From UHGV virus genome UHGV-1375816: 48,935 nucleotides of DNA, one strand, 5' to 3'. Below the pieces are notes generated by a model that saw nothing but the letters and a program-made list of their open reading frames with translations, had not been told where the DNA came from and ran no database searches. Of this stretch, positions 9,781 to 18,756 are shown one piece after another. Positions within the stretch are counted from its first letter, which is position 1; every line of letters begins with the position of its first letter. The translations under genes were made by a program, and so were the position numbers. The stretch is from a virus.

Positions 9781-9806
9781 AGCCCTCTTCGGAGGGCTTT
9801 TCTTTG
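9781..9806 (+). terminator. Intrinsic terminator after the capsid gene
   Basis: AGCCCTCttcgGAGGGCT followed by TTTCTTTG. Confidence 0.8.
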
Positions 9807-9861
9807 ATTATCGGAAAGGGTAGAATAATGACGGGTATGTATTACAACTAAGGGTGATTTT

Positions 9862-10179
9862 ATGATTACTGTAAAGAATGTCTCACTGCGTGCGTTCGCG
9901 TTTCCGGGTAAGGGCGACATTCACGAGCGAGTTGTTGCGCCGGGTGATGCGAAGGAGATTGAACTAACGATTCCAGTATATAAGTTCGTATCGACATACG
10001 TGAACGCGGGTGAACTGGAGGTTATTTCCGGTGAACTGGTCAACCCTGACTCAGACGCAGACGATGTGACCATTGACGAACTTCGCGCAGAAGCCGAAGA
10101 ACTGGGTATCAAAGTTGATGCGCGCTGGAAGAAGTCACGACTTCAGCAAGAAATCGAGGCAGCAAAAGCCGCCTCTTAA
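9862..10179 (+). CDS. Hypothetical head-associated protein with a C-terminal HeH/Rho-N-like motif
   Basis: GGGTG RBS. The C-terminus is DELRAEAEELGIKVDARWKKSRLQQEIEAAKA. Confidence 0.5.
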   Translation: MITVKNVSLRAFAFPGKGDIHERVVAPGDAKEIELTIPVYKFVSTYVNAGELEVISGELVNPDSDADDVTIDELRAEAEELGIKVDARWKKSRLQQEIEAAKAAS

Positions 10180-10197
10180 TTAACATAGGGGTGTGAA

Positions 10198-10782
10198 ATG
10201 GCTTTTCCGTCAAATGTAATTCCACCCTCACAACAGCCCCTGTCTGAACTCCTGGATATCTGGGAGAGACAGGGGTATGTTTTTGAGGCTTCCACTGTTA
10301 CCAGCGTTGCCGCAGGTGCATCGAATAAAACCATCTTCGTCGCCGGGTCACGTCCGGTAATCCTCTTCGACCGTCAGTTGTCATACGATGGCGTCGGTGT
10401 GAACGCCGCAATCTTTCGCGCGCCCACGTACACCGGTGGCACACTTGTTACTGAAATTAACAACGCCAACGACATCATTGCACAGGCCAATACGGCCAAC
10501 ATCTACAGCGGTGCAACGGTGACGGCAGACGGTATCCAGACCCGTTCGGTAAAATATATTTTCGGTAATACCAGTAACCAGTCCAGAGGCGCAGCATTAA
10601 GTGCAATATCAAGTCCACAATTGATTTTACCTGGCGCAGTGCTTAATCTGGTACTGACGAATCGTGACACTAACGCGGCGCAGAACATTGCAACACATTT
10701 GCGCTGGGCCGAACCACCAACAATTCCAGGACTGGTCATTCAGAATGGTCAGTTTGTAAGCTACAACGGGGTCAATCTATGA
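10198..10782 (+). CDS. Hypothetical virion protein
   Basis: ORF with a GGGGTG RBS. Confidence 0.5.
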   Translation: MAFPSNVIPPSQQPLSELLDIWERQGYVFEASTVTSVAAGASNKTIFVAGSRPVILFDRQLSYDGVGVNAAIFRAPTYTGGTLVTEINNANDIIAQANTANIYSGATVTADGIQTRSVKYIFGNTSNQSRGAALSAISSPQLILPGAVLNLVLTNRDTNAAQNIATHLRWAEPPTIPGLVIQNGQFVSYNGVNL

Positions 10783-11135
10783 GCGGTTATCAATACACTA
10801 TCACACTGGCTACAACGGCAGACGGCACGTATGAGACTGGACTCATTGACCAGAATCACAACAAATGCGACTTCCGTGTGGCGTTCTATAACTCCAGTGG
10901 TGCTATCGTTACGCCGACAACCGGCACCGTCACACCAACGATGCAGTTACTTCCCGGTCAGTGGATGGCACCCGGCACCGGTGATGTGAGCGTGGATGCA
11001 ACGAAATGCGGTGCCGCTGCGACATACAGTCCCCCGGTGTTCAACACGTCTGCAACGAAAGGTCGTATCGTACTGTCTGGTATCACTGGTACTGACATTG
11101 TCAAAGTCGTCGCTGTATTCACTGTGGGTATGTAA
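10779..11135 (+). CDS. Hypothetical virion protein
   Basis: ORF whose start overlaps the previous stop. Confidence 0.45.
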   Translation: MSGYQYTITLATTADGTYETGLIDQNHNKCDFRVAFYNSSGAIVTPTTGTVTPTMQLLPGQWMAPGTGDVSVDATKCGAAATYSPPVFNTSATKGRIVLSGITGTDIVKVVAVFTVGM

Positions 11136-11136
11136 C

Positions 11137-11556
11137 ATGGATATCACCGCCGAAGTTATCGCAGATTTTCGCATCTGGCCAGGTGGGATGGGTATTTTCG
11201 AGGATACCGTTAAATTCCCGGATGCACTACTTCAATACGCCCTTTGTCGTGGGGATGTTGCAACTGGTTCTCGTCGATGGGGAGAATATCAACCGGACTG
11301 CCATTCTAATAAGATGACAGGAATGTTTCTCTATACTGCGGCCTGGCTAGCAATGTATTATCCAGACGGTATGGGGGGAGATGTGAACACGGAAGCAAGA
11401 TTAAACGTTGCTTCGAAATCCGTGGGAGATGAATCAATTGCATATCGAGTTCCCCAAATGATGGAGGTTAACAATGACTTCCTTACCTATACTATATTCG
11501 GGCAGGAGTTCTATTCACTACGTAAAAAAATCGGAATGGGCGCTTTAGCCGTTTAA
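11137..11556 (+). CDS. DUF4054-like head-tail joining protein (candidate)
   Basis: ATG 11137 overlaps the previous stop. The C-terminus ...[11 protein letters not shown] is duplicated at 12584..12613. Confidence 0.45.
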   Translation: MDITAEVIADFRIWPGGMGIFEDTVKFPDALLQYALCRGDVATGSRRWGEYQPDCHSNKMTGMFLYTAAWLAMYYPDGMGGDVNTEARLNVASKSVGDESIAYRVPQMMEVNNDFLTYTIFGQEFYSLRKKIGMGALAV

Positions 11557-12459
11557 AAATCTAAACCATAGTGGAATCTTTGGGTTCCACTTTAACCATT
11601 CGGTACACCCCTGAAACCCTTTCAGATTTGCACTCTCAAATTGTAAATGCATTTGTTTTTCCAATTCTCGAATTAAGTGGCCATCAACATTTTTAAACTT
11701 TTCCAAAACTTCGAAACTGAACGGAGTATAAGTTCTTAACTGTGAAATTCTGGTTTCGATATTGTTGGTGATACCGACTTTCAACAAGTTGTCTTCTGAA
11801 ATTAGGCAGTACAACCATGCGGGTTTGTCGGGATTAAACCCTGTCTTCGCACAACTTGGACAACGCGTACCGTGTTTAAAAGCGGAGAACCCAACCTTCC
11901 ACACACCATGTTTCTTACATCTACAATTGAAAGTACTACGGGCGTTATTGTAACCTTCACACCAACCCTCGAATGTGTACCCGGAGTCTTCGCACATCTT
12001 AATAGTCTGCTTAGTTCGTTTCTCTACGTCATATCTTTGTTTTTCTGATGATGTCTCTTTAGAACATTTTGGACATCGAGAACCTCCGACAAATGACCTG
12101 ACAGACGTCTCCCATTCCCCATGTCTTTGACAGTTGAAAACGACTCTGCTTGTATTCTTGCCGTCGTAATGTGACCACCTGGTGAAACTATAGATAGTGT
12201 TTTGCAGTTCCGTTTCGAATTGATCTTGCCTTTCTTCTCGGCTGAACATTCGTTTACTTACGCCGCACATCAGACATCTGGTACCGTTTATGAAACATCC
12301 AAGCGTACCAATTTGTTCACCGTGCTTTTCACACGTATATGTGAATTTTGACCTGACACCTTTAAACTTGCCCATCCACCCGACAAAAGAGTAAATCGTA
12401 CCCTCGCAAAGTTCAGCGATTTGTTGCTCTCTTACTTCTTGTGGAATGCGTGTGGCCAT
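11545..12459 (-). CDS. T5orf172-domain homing-type endonuclease with N-terminal zinc-ribbon repeats
   Basis: Repeated CxxHGEW...GxxCPxC modules. C-terminal [25 protein letters not shown]...CTEWLKW is the T5orf172 pattern. First ATG is at 12459; the track's TTG 12507 start is less likely. Confidence 0.7.
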   Translation of the reverse strand: MATRIPQEVREQQIAELCEGTIYSFVGWMGKFKGVRSKFTYTCEKHGEQIGTLGCFINGTRCLMCGVSKRMFSREERQDQFETELQNTIYSFTRWSHYDGKNTSRVVFNCQRHGEWETSVRSFVGGSRCPKCSKETSSEKQRYDVEKRTKQTIKMCEDSGYTFEGWCEGYNNARSTFNCRCKKHGVWKVGFSAFKHGTRCPSCAKTGFNPDKPAWLYCLISEDNLLKVGITNNIETRISQLRTYTPFSFEVLEKFKNVDGHLIRELEKQMHLQFESANLKGFQGCTEWLKWNPKIPLWFRFLNG

Positions 12460-12622
12460 TTCTGTGAATCCGGTATCTGTGGGGTTAAATGATACCGGGC
12501 GGACCAACCTCTGAAGGCGCTACATCCGTAACTTTAATGTTGCCCGTGTGGAGACTGTAACACTCACTGTGTTAAAATGCAAACGCGTCGGTATGGGCGC
12601 ATTAGCCATATGAGGTAATTAA

Positions 12623-13252
12623 ATGTCGGTAACAACTTACGAAGTTCTTTCTGCTAATACAGTTAGCGAACTCGTTGCACTCGTCAATGCTGCAACAGGT
12701 AAAACGCCACTTGGTGAGATATTCATCCAAGGTGGTGCGCCTCGACAGGTGGTTGTCACAGGTGAGCCGGTAAGCGGGTACATCTCTGAAGATTATCGAG
12801 CTGTTGTCGGTGTAGACCCACGGGGTCTGGCTGACGCTGTAATGGCTGTCATGACTAATGACATTCAACCATTGGGTGCGCCAATCATCCGTAACAACAC
12901 AATGATTCAGATGATGGGAACCGTGACCCCTTCAAGTGGCGGCTCTGTGGCGTGGGGTAATATTACCGGGAAACCTGCTGTTATCGCCGCAGGTGCGAAC
13001 GCCGCCGCAGCACGTACCGCAATTGGCGCGGGTACTTCAAGTCTGGTCATTGGCACAACCGCATCAACAGCAATGGCTGGTGATAAGTTCACGCAAGGCT
13101 CAGCGGTACCCAATGTCGGATCACAGACGGTATCGGGAGATGAAGCAGCTTCCGTGGCTACCTCGGCAACCACGGCTGTTAACGTGGTTGCGACAAAATT
13201 AAATGACCTGCTTACCCAGCTGCGCGCCTCTGGCATTATTGCATCGAACTAA
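12623..13252 (+). CDS. Tail-fibre-repeat protein (short, 209 aa)
   Basis: WGNITGKPAVIAAGANAAAARTAIGAGTSS matches the phage tail-fibre repeat WxxITGKP. GAGGT RBS. Confidence 0.45.
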   Translation: MSVTTYEVLSANTVSELVALVNAATGKTPLGEIFIQGGAPRQVVVTGEPVSGYISEDYRAVVGVDPRGLADAVMAVMTNDIQPLGAPIIRNNTMIQMMGTVTPSSGGSVAWGNITGKPAVIAAGANAAAARTAIGAGTSSLVIGTTASTAMAGDKFTQGSAVPNVGSQTVSGDEAASVATSATTAVNVVATKLNDLLTQLRASGIIASN

Positions 13253-13260
13253 TTAATATG

Positions 13261-13282
13261 AGCCCCTCACGGGGCTTTATTC
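13261..13282. terminator. Intrinsic terminator hairpin (AGCCCCtcacGGGGCT + TTTATT)
   Basis: GC-rich stem followed by a T-run, after the fibre-like gene. Confidence 0.7.
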
Positions 13283-13507
13283 ACCAATCCTCCCGGCGTA
13301 GTGACGACCGTAATACTTCATGATGACCTTGTCAGCACATAAATAACCTTCATCCTCAACCACGATACCTCTGATAATGAAGAATCTACGATAGTGTTTT
13401 GTTAGCATACTGGTGACTCTCCACCCCATTTCTCTACGATTCACCGCTGTAATGCGACTTGTGGTCACAAACAGGGCGGTTCCGGACTTATGCTTTACTG
13501 CCCACAT
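13277..13507 (-). CDS. Hypothetical protein
   Basis: ORF. It overlaps the upstream minus-strand ORF by 20 nt in another frame. Confidence 0.35.
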   Translation of the reverse strand: MWAVKHKSGTALFVTTSRITAVNRREMGWRVTSMLTKHYRRFFIIRGIVVEDEGYLCADKVIMKYYGRHYAGRIGE

Positions 13508-13940
13508 ATTTAATCACCATGTACCCTGGTTTTGCGGAAAGCGAGACCTTGTGTTCGTATATCTCCGCGATTTTATATACGTATGTCAACTGTGCGGTGC
13601 GCAACTTAATGTCTGAATATGTTGCTTCCGTTCTCCAGTCCCATGCGAATTCCTCACCGGGTTTTGCATTTTCAAAGATGTCACGAAGGATGATGTGCTC
13701 ATACGATTTTACTCCACGTGGTGCGCGGTCCCAATTTTTGGGTTTTCCTCGCGCCAGACTTCGACCATCTATTTTTCCACTTTTTGTAATTCGCATTGGT
13801 CCCCGTGATGTCTGTACGACACCTTGAGGAACGTCATCAGACGCAGAGTGTTCACGTTGGCGCGCTCGACTCTTGTCGGACTTCACTTCCTCTTCTGGGG
13901 CATAATTTATTTTTTTTAAAATATAAGATGCAAATGACAC
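13488..13940 (-). CDS. Hypothetical basic protein
   Basis: AGAGAGG RBS before GTG 13940. A palindromic promoter lies upstream. Confidence 0.45.
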   Translation of the reverse strand: MSFASYILKKINYAPEEEVKSDKSRARQREHSASDDVPQGVVQTSRGPMRITKSGKIDGRSLARGKPKNWDRAPRGVKSYEHIILRDIFENAKPGEEFAWDWRTEATYSDIKLRTAQLTYVYKIAEIYEHKVSLSAKPGYMVIKYVGSKA

Positions 13941-13973
13941 GTTGTTATTCCTCTCTTTCTAATTCGTGTACTG

Positions 13974-14002
13974 AGTGTATCAATGGTTGACGAATCCGTC
14001 AA
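13974..14002 (-). promoter_or_regulatory. Promoter (TTGACGGATTCGTCAA, 17-nt spacer, TACACT)
   Basis: Reverse complement of 13974..14002. Palindromic -35 family. Confidence 0.55.
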
Positions 14003-14026
14003 TACCACGCGGTGACGTCGAGGCTA

Positions 14027-14180
14027 ATTTCATTCCGATCAAAAAGTGAACAACTTTGTAGTACAATATAATTACAGTGTACTACCGTATAATTTCATTC
14101 CGATCAAAAAGTGAACAACTTTGTAGTACAATATAATTACAGTGTACTACCGTATAATTTCATTCCGATCAAAAAGTGAA
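14027..14180. repeat. Tandem 65-bp direct repeats (2.4 copies). Each carries the 8-bp inverted repeat GTAGTACA/TGTACTAC and a TATAAT
   Basis: Unit starts at 14027, 14092 and 14157. The third copy degenerates. Confidence 0.85.
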
Positions 14181-14477
14181 CGATTACCCGAAAACACCCC
14201 GAAATGCACGAGGCATAGGGGTGGCGAATTTACTTTCACAATCAGCAGCTTACGAGCATAACCGAAAACCCCGTACATTCTTCCCTTCTTCCTTCTTATA
14301 AACTATATAAACTATACATTATGTATTATACTACATTTATATTATATATTATATACTTTCTATTACTACTAATTACTATTTTATAAGGGTATAAGGGTAA
14401 TAAGTAGTATAGTACTGAAAGTTAAAGAGTTTTTGATACCCCGTTGAAGTACCCCGAACGAGTTTTAACGGGGTGTG
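14172..14477. repeat. Copy B of the ~300 bp repeat
   Basis: Collinear with 48785..48935 + 1..147. Substitutions include ataggggtataggggt -> ataagggtataagggt. Confidence 0.85.
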
Positions 14478-14506
14478 TGGATACTGGCGCAACGTTGTGT
14501 GATAAT
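14478..14506 (+). promoter_or_regulatory. Candidate extended -10 promoter (TGtGATAAT)
   Basis: TG at 14498..14499 and GATAAT at 14501..14506, 24 nt before ATG 14530 (GAGGA RBS). Confidence 0.4.
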
Positions 14507-14529
14507 AGCTTGACAAATGAGGACACACT

Positions 14530-15033
14530 ATGTCAGTCAACATCAAAGCGCTGCAGCAAGCCAAACAGGCAATACGTTCGAAACTGGAGCAATACGCTAA
14601 AGCCAGTCAGAAGACCGTGACTGTCGGCATCCATTCGGACGCAGGTGAACATCCTGACTCGGGAATTACTAACGCACAGCTTGGTGCATTACTGAATTAC
14701 GGTAACCCAAATAACAAGTTGTACGGTAATCCCGCACCTATCCCGCCGCGCCCCTGGCTGATACCCGGTGTACAAAGTGGTAAACAGGATATCGTGGACA
14801 CCATCGCTCACGGTGTAGCTAATGATTTGCCTCTTGACCAGGTACTCGAACAAGTGGGCGCATTTGCAGCTGGCGCGGTGCAGCAATACATGACCGATTT
14901 GCAGCAACCCCCGAACAGCGCATACACTATCGCTCAAAAGGGTTCCAGCAATCCGCTTATCAGCACCGGCGCTTTACGGGCAAGCGTTACGTACAAGGTC
15001 ACCAACGAGAAACCAGACGAGGGCATCTCATGA
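14530..15033 (+). CDS. Neck / head-tail adaptor protein (candidate)
   Basis: First gene of the tail block, ahead of the sheath gene. Confidence 0.4.
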   Translation: MSVNIKALQQAKQAIRSKLEQYAKASQKTVTVGIHSDAGEHPDSGITNAQLGALLNYGNPNNKLYGNPAPIPPRPWLIPGVQSGKQDIVDTIAHGVANDLPLDQVLEQVGAFAAGAVQQYMTDLQQPPNSAYTIAQKGSSNPLISTGALRASVTYKVTNEKPDEGIS

Positions 15034-15383
15034 GTCTGTCAATGCGTGGTCATATTGACAACGTGTTTAAATCTGTACCGGCGACACATGTGGGTAAATC
15101 TGGCTCATACGTGGACGGCATCTGGGTCACCTCGACATCCGGACCGGTTGCATTCACGGTGAACATTCAACCACTGAGCGACAAGGAAATTGATTTTCTG
15201 CGTCAGGGTGGTCAGCGCATCGTTGACCCACGTAAAATATACGTTAACAATGGTGACCTGGACTCAATCGCACTCGATGGGGAATGGGTATTCCTGGGTC
15301 AGCGCTGGAAAGTTATTCGCACCGACAATCGCCCGTGGCGCAAATACTGTAAGGTAATCGTGGACCGCTATGACCAACAATGA
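15030..15383 (+). CDS. Neck / tail-completion protein (candidate)
   Basis: Position in the block. Overlapping stop/start with its neighbour. Confidence 0.35.
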   Translation: MSLSMRGHIDNVFKSVPATHVGKSGSYVDGIWVTSTSGPVAFTVNIQPLSDKEIDFLRQGGQRIVDPRKIYVNNGDLDSIALDGEWVFLGQRWKVIRTDNRPWRKYCKVIVDRYDQQ

Positions 15384-15951
15384 AATCTTTGCGGCTCTCA
15401 GGCCGCATATACTCAACGTGACGGGCGTCAGCGAGTGTATCCTTGCCGACCCCAACGGACCGTCTCCGGACGGCCCATACGCGTCTGTGCGGCCACGTCA
15501 GAGCATCCGTGAACGTGGTCAGGCGAACATCATCATGACCGATGGCGCAAATGACACCATCGTGTATGAAATTCGCGCGCAGATTGTCGCATCCTGTGAA
15601 ATTAATTTCTTCCGTGGTGAAGCAATGCGGTACGCCGAAATGCTGAAGGAATGTCACAAGCGCCCGGACGTGTGCTGGTCCCTGTGGAAAGCCGGTATCG
15701 GATGGGGTGGGACCGAACCTGTTAATAATCTGACAGCGCTGCAGGCGAGTAACTTCGAACAGCGTGCGCAAATCATCGTTAAACTGCTTTACGAAGCGGT
15801 GAATACGGTGACAGTGAATAACATCCTGCACGTTCCTTTCACCATTGGTGAGGGTATGGACCAGGTATATTTCGAAAACGGTACGCTTCAGTTAAGATAT
15901 GTTGATACCGAACCCGGTGTGAACTATCAATCCGGTGAAATTTCGATATAA
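15370..15951 (+). CDS. Tail-completion / terminator protein (candidate)
   Basis: Position before the sheath gene. Confidence 0.35.
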   Translation: MTNNEIFAALRPHILNVTGVSECILADPNGPSPDGPYASVRPRQSIRERGQANIIMTDGANDTIVYEIRAQIVASCEINFFRGEAMRYAEMLKECHKRPDVCWSLWKAGIGWGGTEPVNNLTALQASNFEQRAQIIVKLLYEAVNTVTVNNILHVPFTIGEGMDQVYFENGTLQLRYVDTEPGVNYQSGEISI

Positions 15952-15993
15952 TGGTCAACGTGTGCACACTGTAACTTACGAGGACTCGTAAAC

Positions 15994-17127
15994 ATGTTTC
16001 CAATTGAACAAATCATCCCAATCACAACCCGGATTTCTCCGGCGGGATTGAGTACGGCAAACTTCGCTTCTGCGATGTTGTTTGCTAATAAGACCGAACT
16101 CCCGAGCGGCTTCACCAAAGACACGGTGCGTACCTACTATTCCACCTCATCTCTCGCCGCTGACTTCGCTCCTACAACCGAGACGTACAAGGCTGGTGCC
16201 AAATTCCTTGGCTCCACTCCGGCGGTACCGAAACTCACCGTGTGGGGTACCGCGGACGATGATACCGACATCAAAACAACGCTGGCTAAGGCGTTCAACA
16301 AACATTACTGGTATTGGACTCTTGTCACCAAAGATGTGCTGGCGACGGAGGCCGACGTACTGGCGATTGCATCGTGGTGTGAAGAGAACAGCGTCATGTT
16401 CCCTAACAGTCAGACCGGTGAAGCCGTGGTTGAAATTCGTAACCCGGACGCCGATGACGACATCTGTTCGAAGCTGAATAAACTGGGCTATCGTCACGCG
16501 TTTACCGTCGCTCACGCGACCGACCCGTATGCAGCCTACGCTCTCATCAAGCATTCTGCCTCGGTGAATTACAGTGCCGATAACAGCACTATTGACACCG
16601 AATTTAAGAAATCTCCGGGTGTTGCTGCCGAAGACCTGTCCGACACAGAACAGAACGCGATGGTCACCAAACGTTGCGCATTCTACAGCGTGCTTGACCT
16701 ACAGGGGAGCACCGACAGCGGTCGCTGGCTGCAGACGTGGTCGCACAGTACCTATGGTGAGTCTATTTCCGACATCGTCGATTTGGACGCGTTTGTGAAC
16801 TCTCTACGCGTGGAACTGTACAATACCATTGTCAACCAGACCACCAAACTCCCGCAGACTCCGGTTGGTCAGGAAGCGCTCATCGGTGCGGCCAAACGTG
16901 TGGGTAGACAATATATTCGCAACCGTTATCTCGGCCCACGCAATTACACCAGTCCTGACACCGGTCTGGAAGCGTACACCGAGGGGTTCGAAGTGCTGAC
17001 TAAAGCGACGGATATTCTCGACCTGTCCGATTCTGACCGCGCGGCACGCAAGTCTGCACCGATTAACATGCGTGTGTTCAAAGCTGGTAGCGTCAGAATC
17101 TGTGACGTCACAGTTGACGTTTATTGA
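15994..17127 (+). CDS. Tail sheath protein (DUF3383-like)
   Basis: 377 aa, immediately upstream of a ~140 aa tube-like gene. The sheath-tube-chaperone-TMP order is typical of myoviruses. Confidence 0.5.
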   Translation: MFPIEQIIPITTRISPAGLSTANFASAMLFANKTELPSGFTKDTVRTYYSTSSLAADFAPTTETYKAGAKFLGSTPAVPKLTVWGTADDDTDIKTTLAKAFNKHYWYWTLVTKDVLATEADVLAIASWCEENSVMFPNSQTGEAVVEIRNPDADDDICSKLNKLGYRHAFTVAHATDPYAAYALIKHSASVNYSADNSTIDTEFKKSPGVAAEDLSDTEQNAMVTKRCAFYSVLDLQGSTDSGRWLQTWSHSTYGESISDIVDLDAFVNSLRVELYNTIVNQTTKLPQTPVGQEALIGAAKRVGRQYIRNRYLGPRNYTSPDTGLEAYTEGFEVLTKATDILDLSDSDRAARKSAPINMRVFKAGSVRICDVTVDVY

Positions 17128-17140
17128 TGGAGGATGACAG

Positions 17141-17557
17141 ATGTCATTAGAAAATTTCAGCACAAGTAATATGGTGGTTACAATCGGGGGGAGAATTATA
17201 ACGGACTGGGGTGAGTCTGACCCACCGTATACCGATGAACCAATTGACGCGTCCACCGTATTACGTCGTGGTCTGGGTGGTAATGCTATTCGTCTGGACC
17301 GTATCAACCCGGGTCGTCGTGTCACACTGAACCTAAACCCCGGTTCGGCTGACTCCGCGTATATTAACGGACTGTTTCAGAGTAAGGCTAACATCGAGTT
17401 GACCTATACTCAGATTGGCACACTCGATGCTGCTGTCGGCACAGAAGGTGTAATTGTGAACGATGGTCCGCGCGGGCGTGGTGGTCAGACAATTACCGAT
17501 GACCAGTGGATTTTTGAGTTCAGTTCATGGGCTGCTACTAAGGGTCCGGCAAGCTAA
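17141..17557 (+). CDS. Tail tube protein
   Basis: 138 aa after the sheath gene. GGAGGA RBS. Confidence 0.5.
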   Translation: MSLENFSTSNMVVTIGGRIITDWGESDPPYTDEPIDASTVLRRGLGGNAIRLDRINPGRRVTLNLNPGSADSAYINGLFQSKANIELTYTQIGTLDAAVGTEGVIVNDGPRGRGGQTITDDQWIFEFSSWAATKGPAS

Positions 17558-17560
17558 ATG

Positions 17561-17590
17561 AAAGGGGCCCGAGGGCCCCTTAGTTATTTT
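17561..17590. terminator. Bidirectional intrinsic terminator (GGGGCCCgagGGCCCC flanked by A-run and T-run)
   Basis: Serves the tube gene on the plus strand and the convergent Rha/ANT gene on the minus strand. Confidence 0.8.
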
Positions 17591-17595
17591 GTCGA

Positions 17596-18261
17596 TTAAA
17601 TCAAACCTTCTTCGGATAATTTTCTGACAATCCACATTTCACCTTCGGCATAAAACATAGGTTGTGAGAACCCGTTCTCTGTCTCACGCATTATTCCGTA
17701 CCCCTTATCGATGAACCATTGCTGAAATACACGTCCACGCTTCACGGAGCGATTGTAGACGCCCATCGAGGCTAGTTGTTTGTTTAACCATATCGCTGAT
17801 TGTCCAAACTTCTGTGCGATTTGAGTGGCGTTATAGAGACCATTGCGTTCTACAATCCGGTCGTAGACGTCTGCTTTTGGTGTCATCTCCTTGTTCTCTA
17901 GTGCGAGACGTTCTTTCTCTTTCTCGCTTTCCAGCAGCGCTTCAAGTGCTTGAATATAGTTTTGTGGTAGTGCGGGTGTATTCACCCGTGATTCCAGCTC
18001 TTGCCAGCGACGAATAATGGCGGCACGCATTTTGATACTGTAGCCCGACACCAGAATCAACGTGTTTTCTTTGTTTAGAAGAAAGACCTTACTCGGTCTG
18101 CCTCCGTTCGACGGCATGACCTTTTCCTCAAAAGTGAGGGAAAGGTCTTGTGCCATTTTTGATATGTCGCGTCGTACATTATCGTGTTCCTTCCCAGTCA
18201 ATTCTGCAATCTCACGGCTGGACATCGTTTGTACTCCGCCGACGTTCATTAAGCTGTCCAT
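17596..18261 (-). CDS. Rha-family regulator with C-terminal ANT/KilAC anti-repressor domain
   Basis: MSSREIAELTGKEHDNVRRDI is the Phage_pRha N-terminal motif. The C-terminal ~100 aa is near-identical to that of 19033..19782. Confidence 0.75.
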   Translation of the reverse strand: MDSLMNVGGVQTMSSREIAELTGKEHDNVRRDISKMAQDLSLTFEEKVMPSNGGRPSKVFLLNKENTLILVSGYSIKMRAAIIRRWQELESRVNTPALPQNYIQALEALLESEKEKERLALENKEMTPKADVYDRIVERNGLYNATQIAQKFGQSAIWLNKQLASMGVYNRSVKRGRVFQQWFIDKGYGIMRETENGFSQPMFYAEGEMWIVRKLSEEGLI

Positions 18262-18340
18262 ATTTCGTATCTCCTCTGTTGTTTGTGTGATTGTGGTTTG
18301 TTTATGGTCACGATGGTGACTGACTAGATTTTGAACTTGC
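18262..18340 (-). promoter_or_regulatory. Conserved control region of Rha paralogue 1 (shares GTTTGTTTATGGTCACGAT with the regions at 18641..18735 and 19783..19849)
   Basis: Direct sequence comparison of the three upstream regions. Confidence 0.5.
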
Positions 18341-18343
18341 GAA

Positions 18344-18640
18344 TCATTTTGTCAGCATTCTTTTGAGTCTCATTGCGCACAGGTAGATGGTGTTATCTTT
18401 ATCCAGCCGGTACTCCCATGCGTTTGGGTTGGTGGTATCATACTGAATGCACATAACCCCTTGATTCGTAACGTAACTCAAATTTGAGTTACGAACATAA
18501 TCTTCATCGTGACCACCATGTAGAGCGCAGAGCATTGAGCGAATGTCTCTGCAAACATTGTCGTGACGCTTCTCAACTAGCGTCGCAATCTCGCGGCTAG
18601 ACATGGTTAGTTCCGATTTTGTGTTTACTAAATCGTTCAT
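18344..18640 (-). CDS. Rha-family regulator (N-terminal domain only)
   Basis: MSSREIATLVEKRHDNVCRDI. Confidence 0.65.
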   Translation of the reverse strand: MNDLVNTKSELTMSSREIATLVEKRHDNVCRDIRSMLCALHGGHDEDYVRNSNLSYVTNQGVMCIQYDTTNPNAWEYRLDKDNTIYLCAMRLKRMLTK

Positions 18641-18735
18641 CTCTGTTCTCCCCTCTTGTTCGCGTGAGTATAGTTTCGATAAAAATCACGACCCGTTCAA
18701 ATCGATTTGTTTATGGTCACGATTAACGATGTGAT
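18641..18735 (-). promoter_or_regulatory. Conserved control region of Rha paralogue 2, with TCGTGAC direct repeats and a TATACT -10
   Basis: Shared with the other two upstream regions. Confidence 0.5.
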
Positions 18736-18756
18736 TGACCACAATTGGCCTCTTAA

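Noticed and set aside
14027-14180. CRISPR array
   Set aside because: The repeats are contiguous 65-bp tandem copies with no intervening unique spacers, and no cas genes are present.
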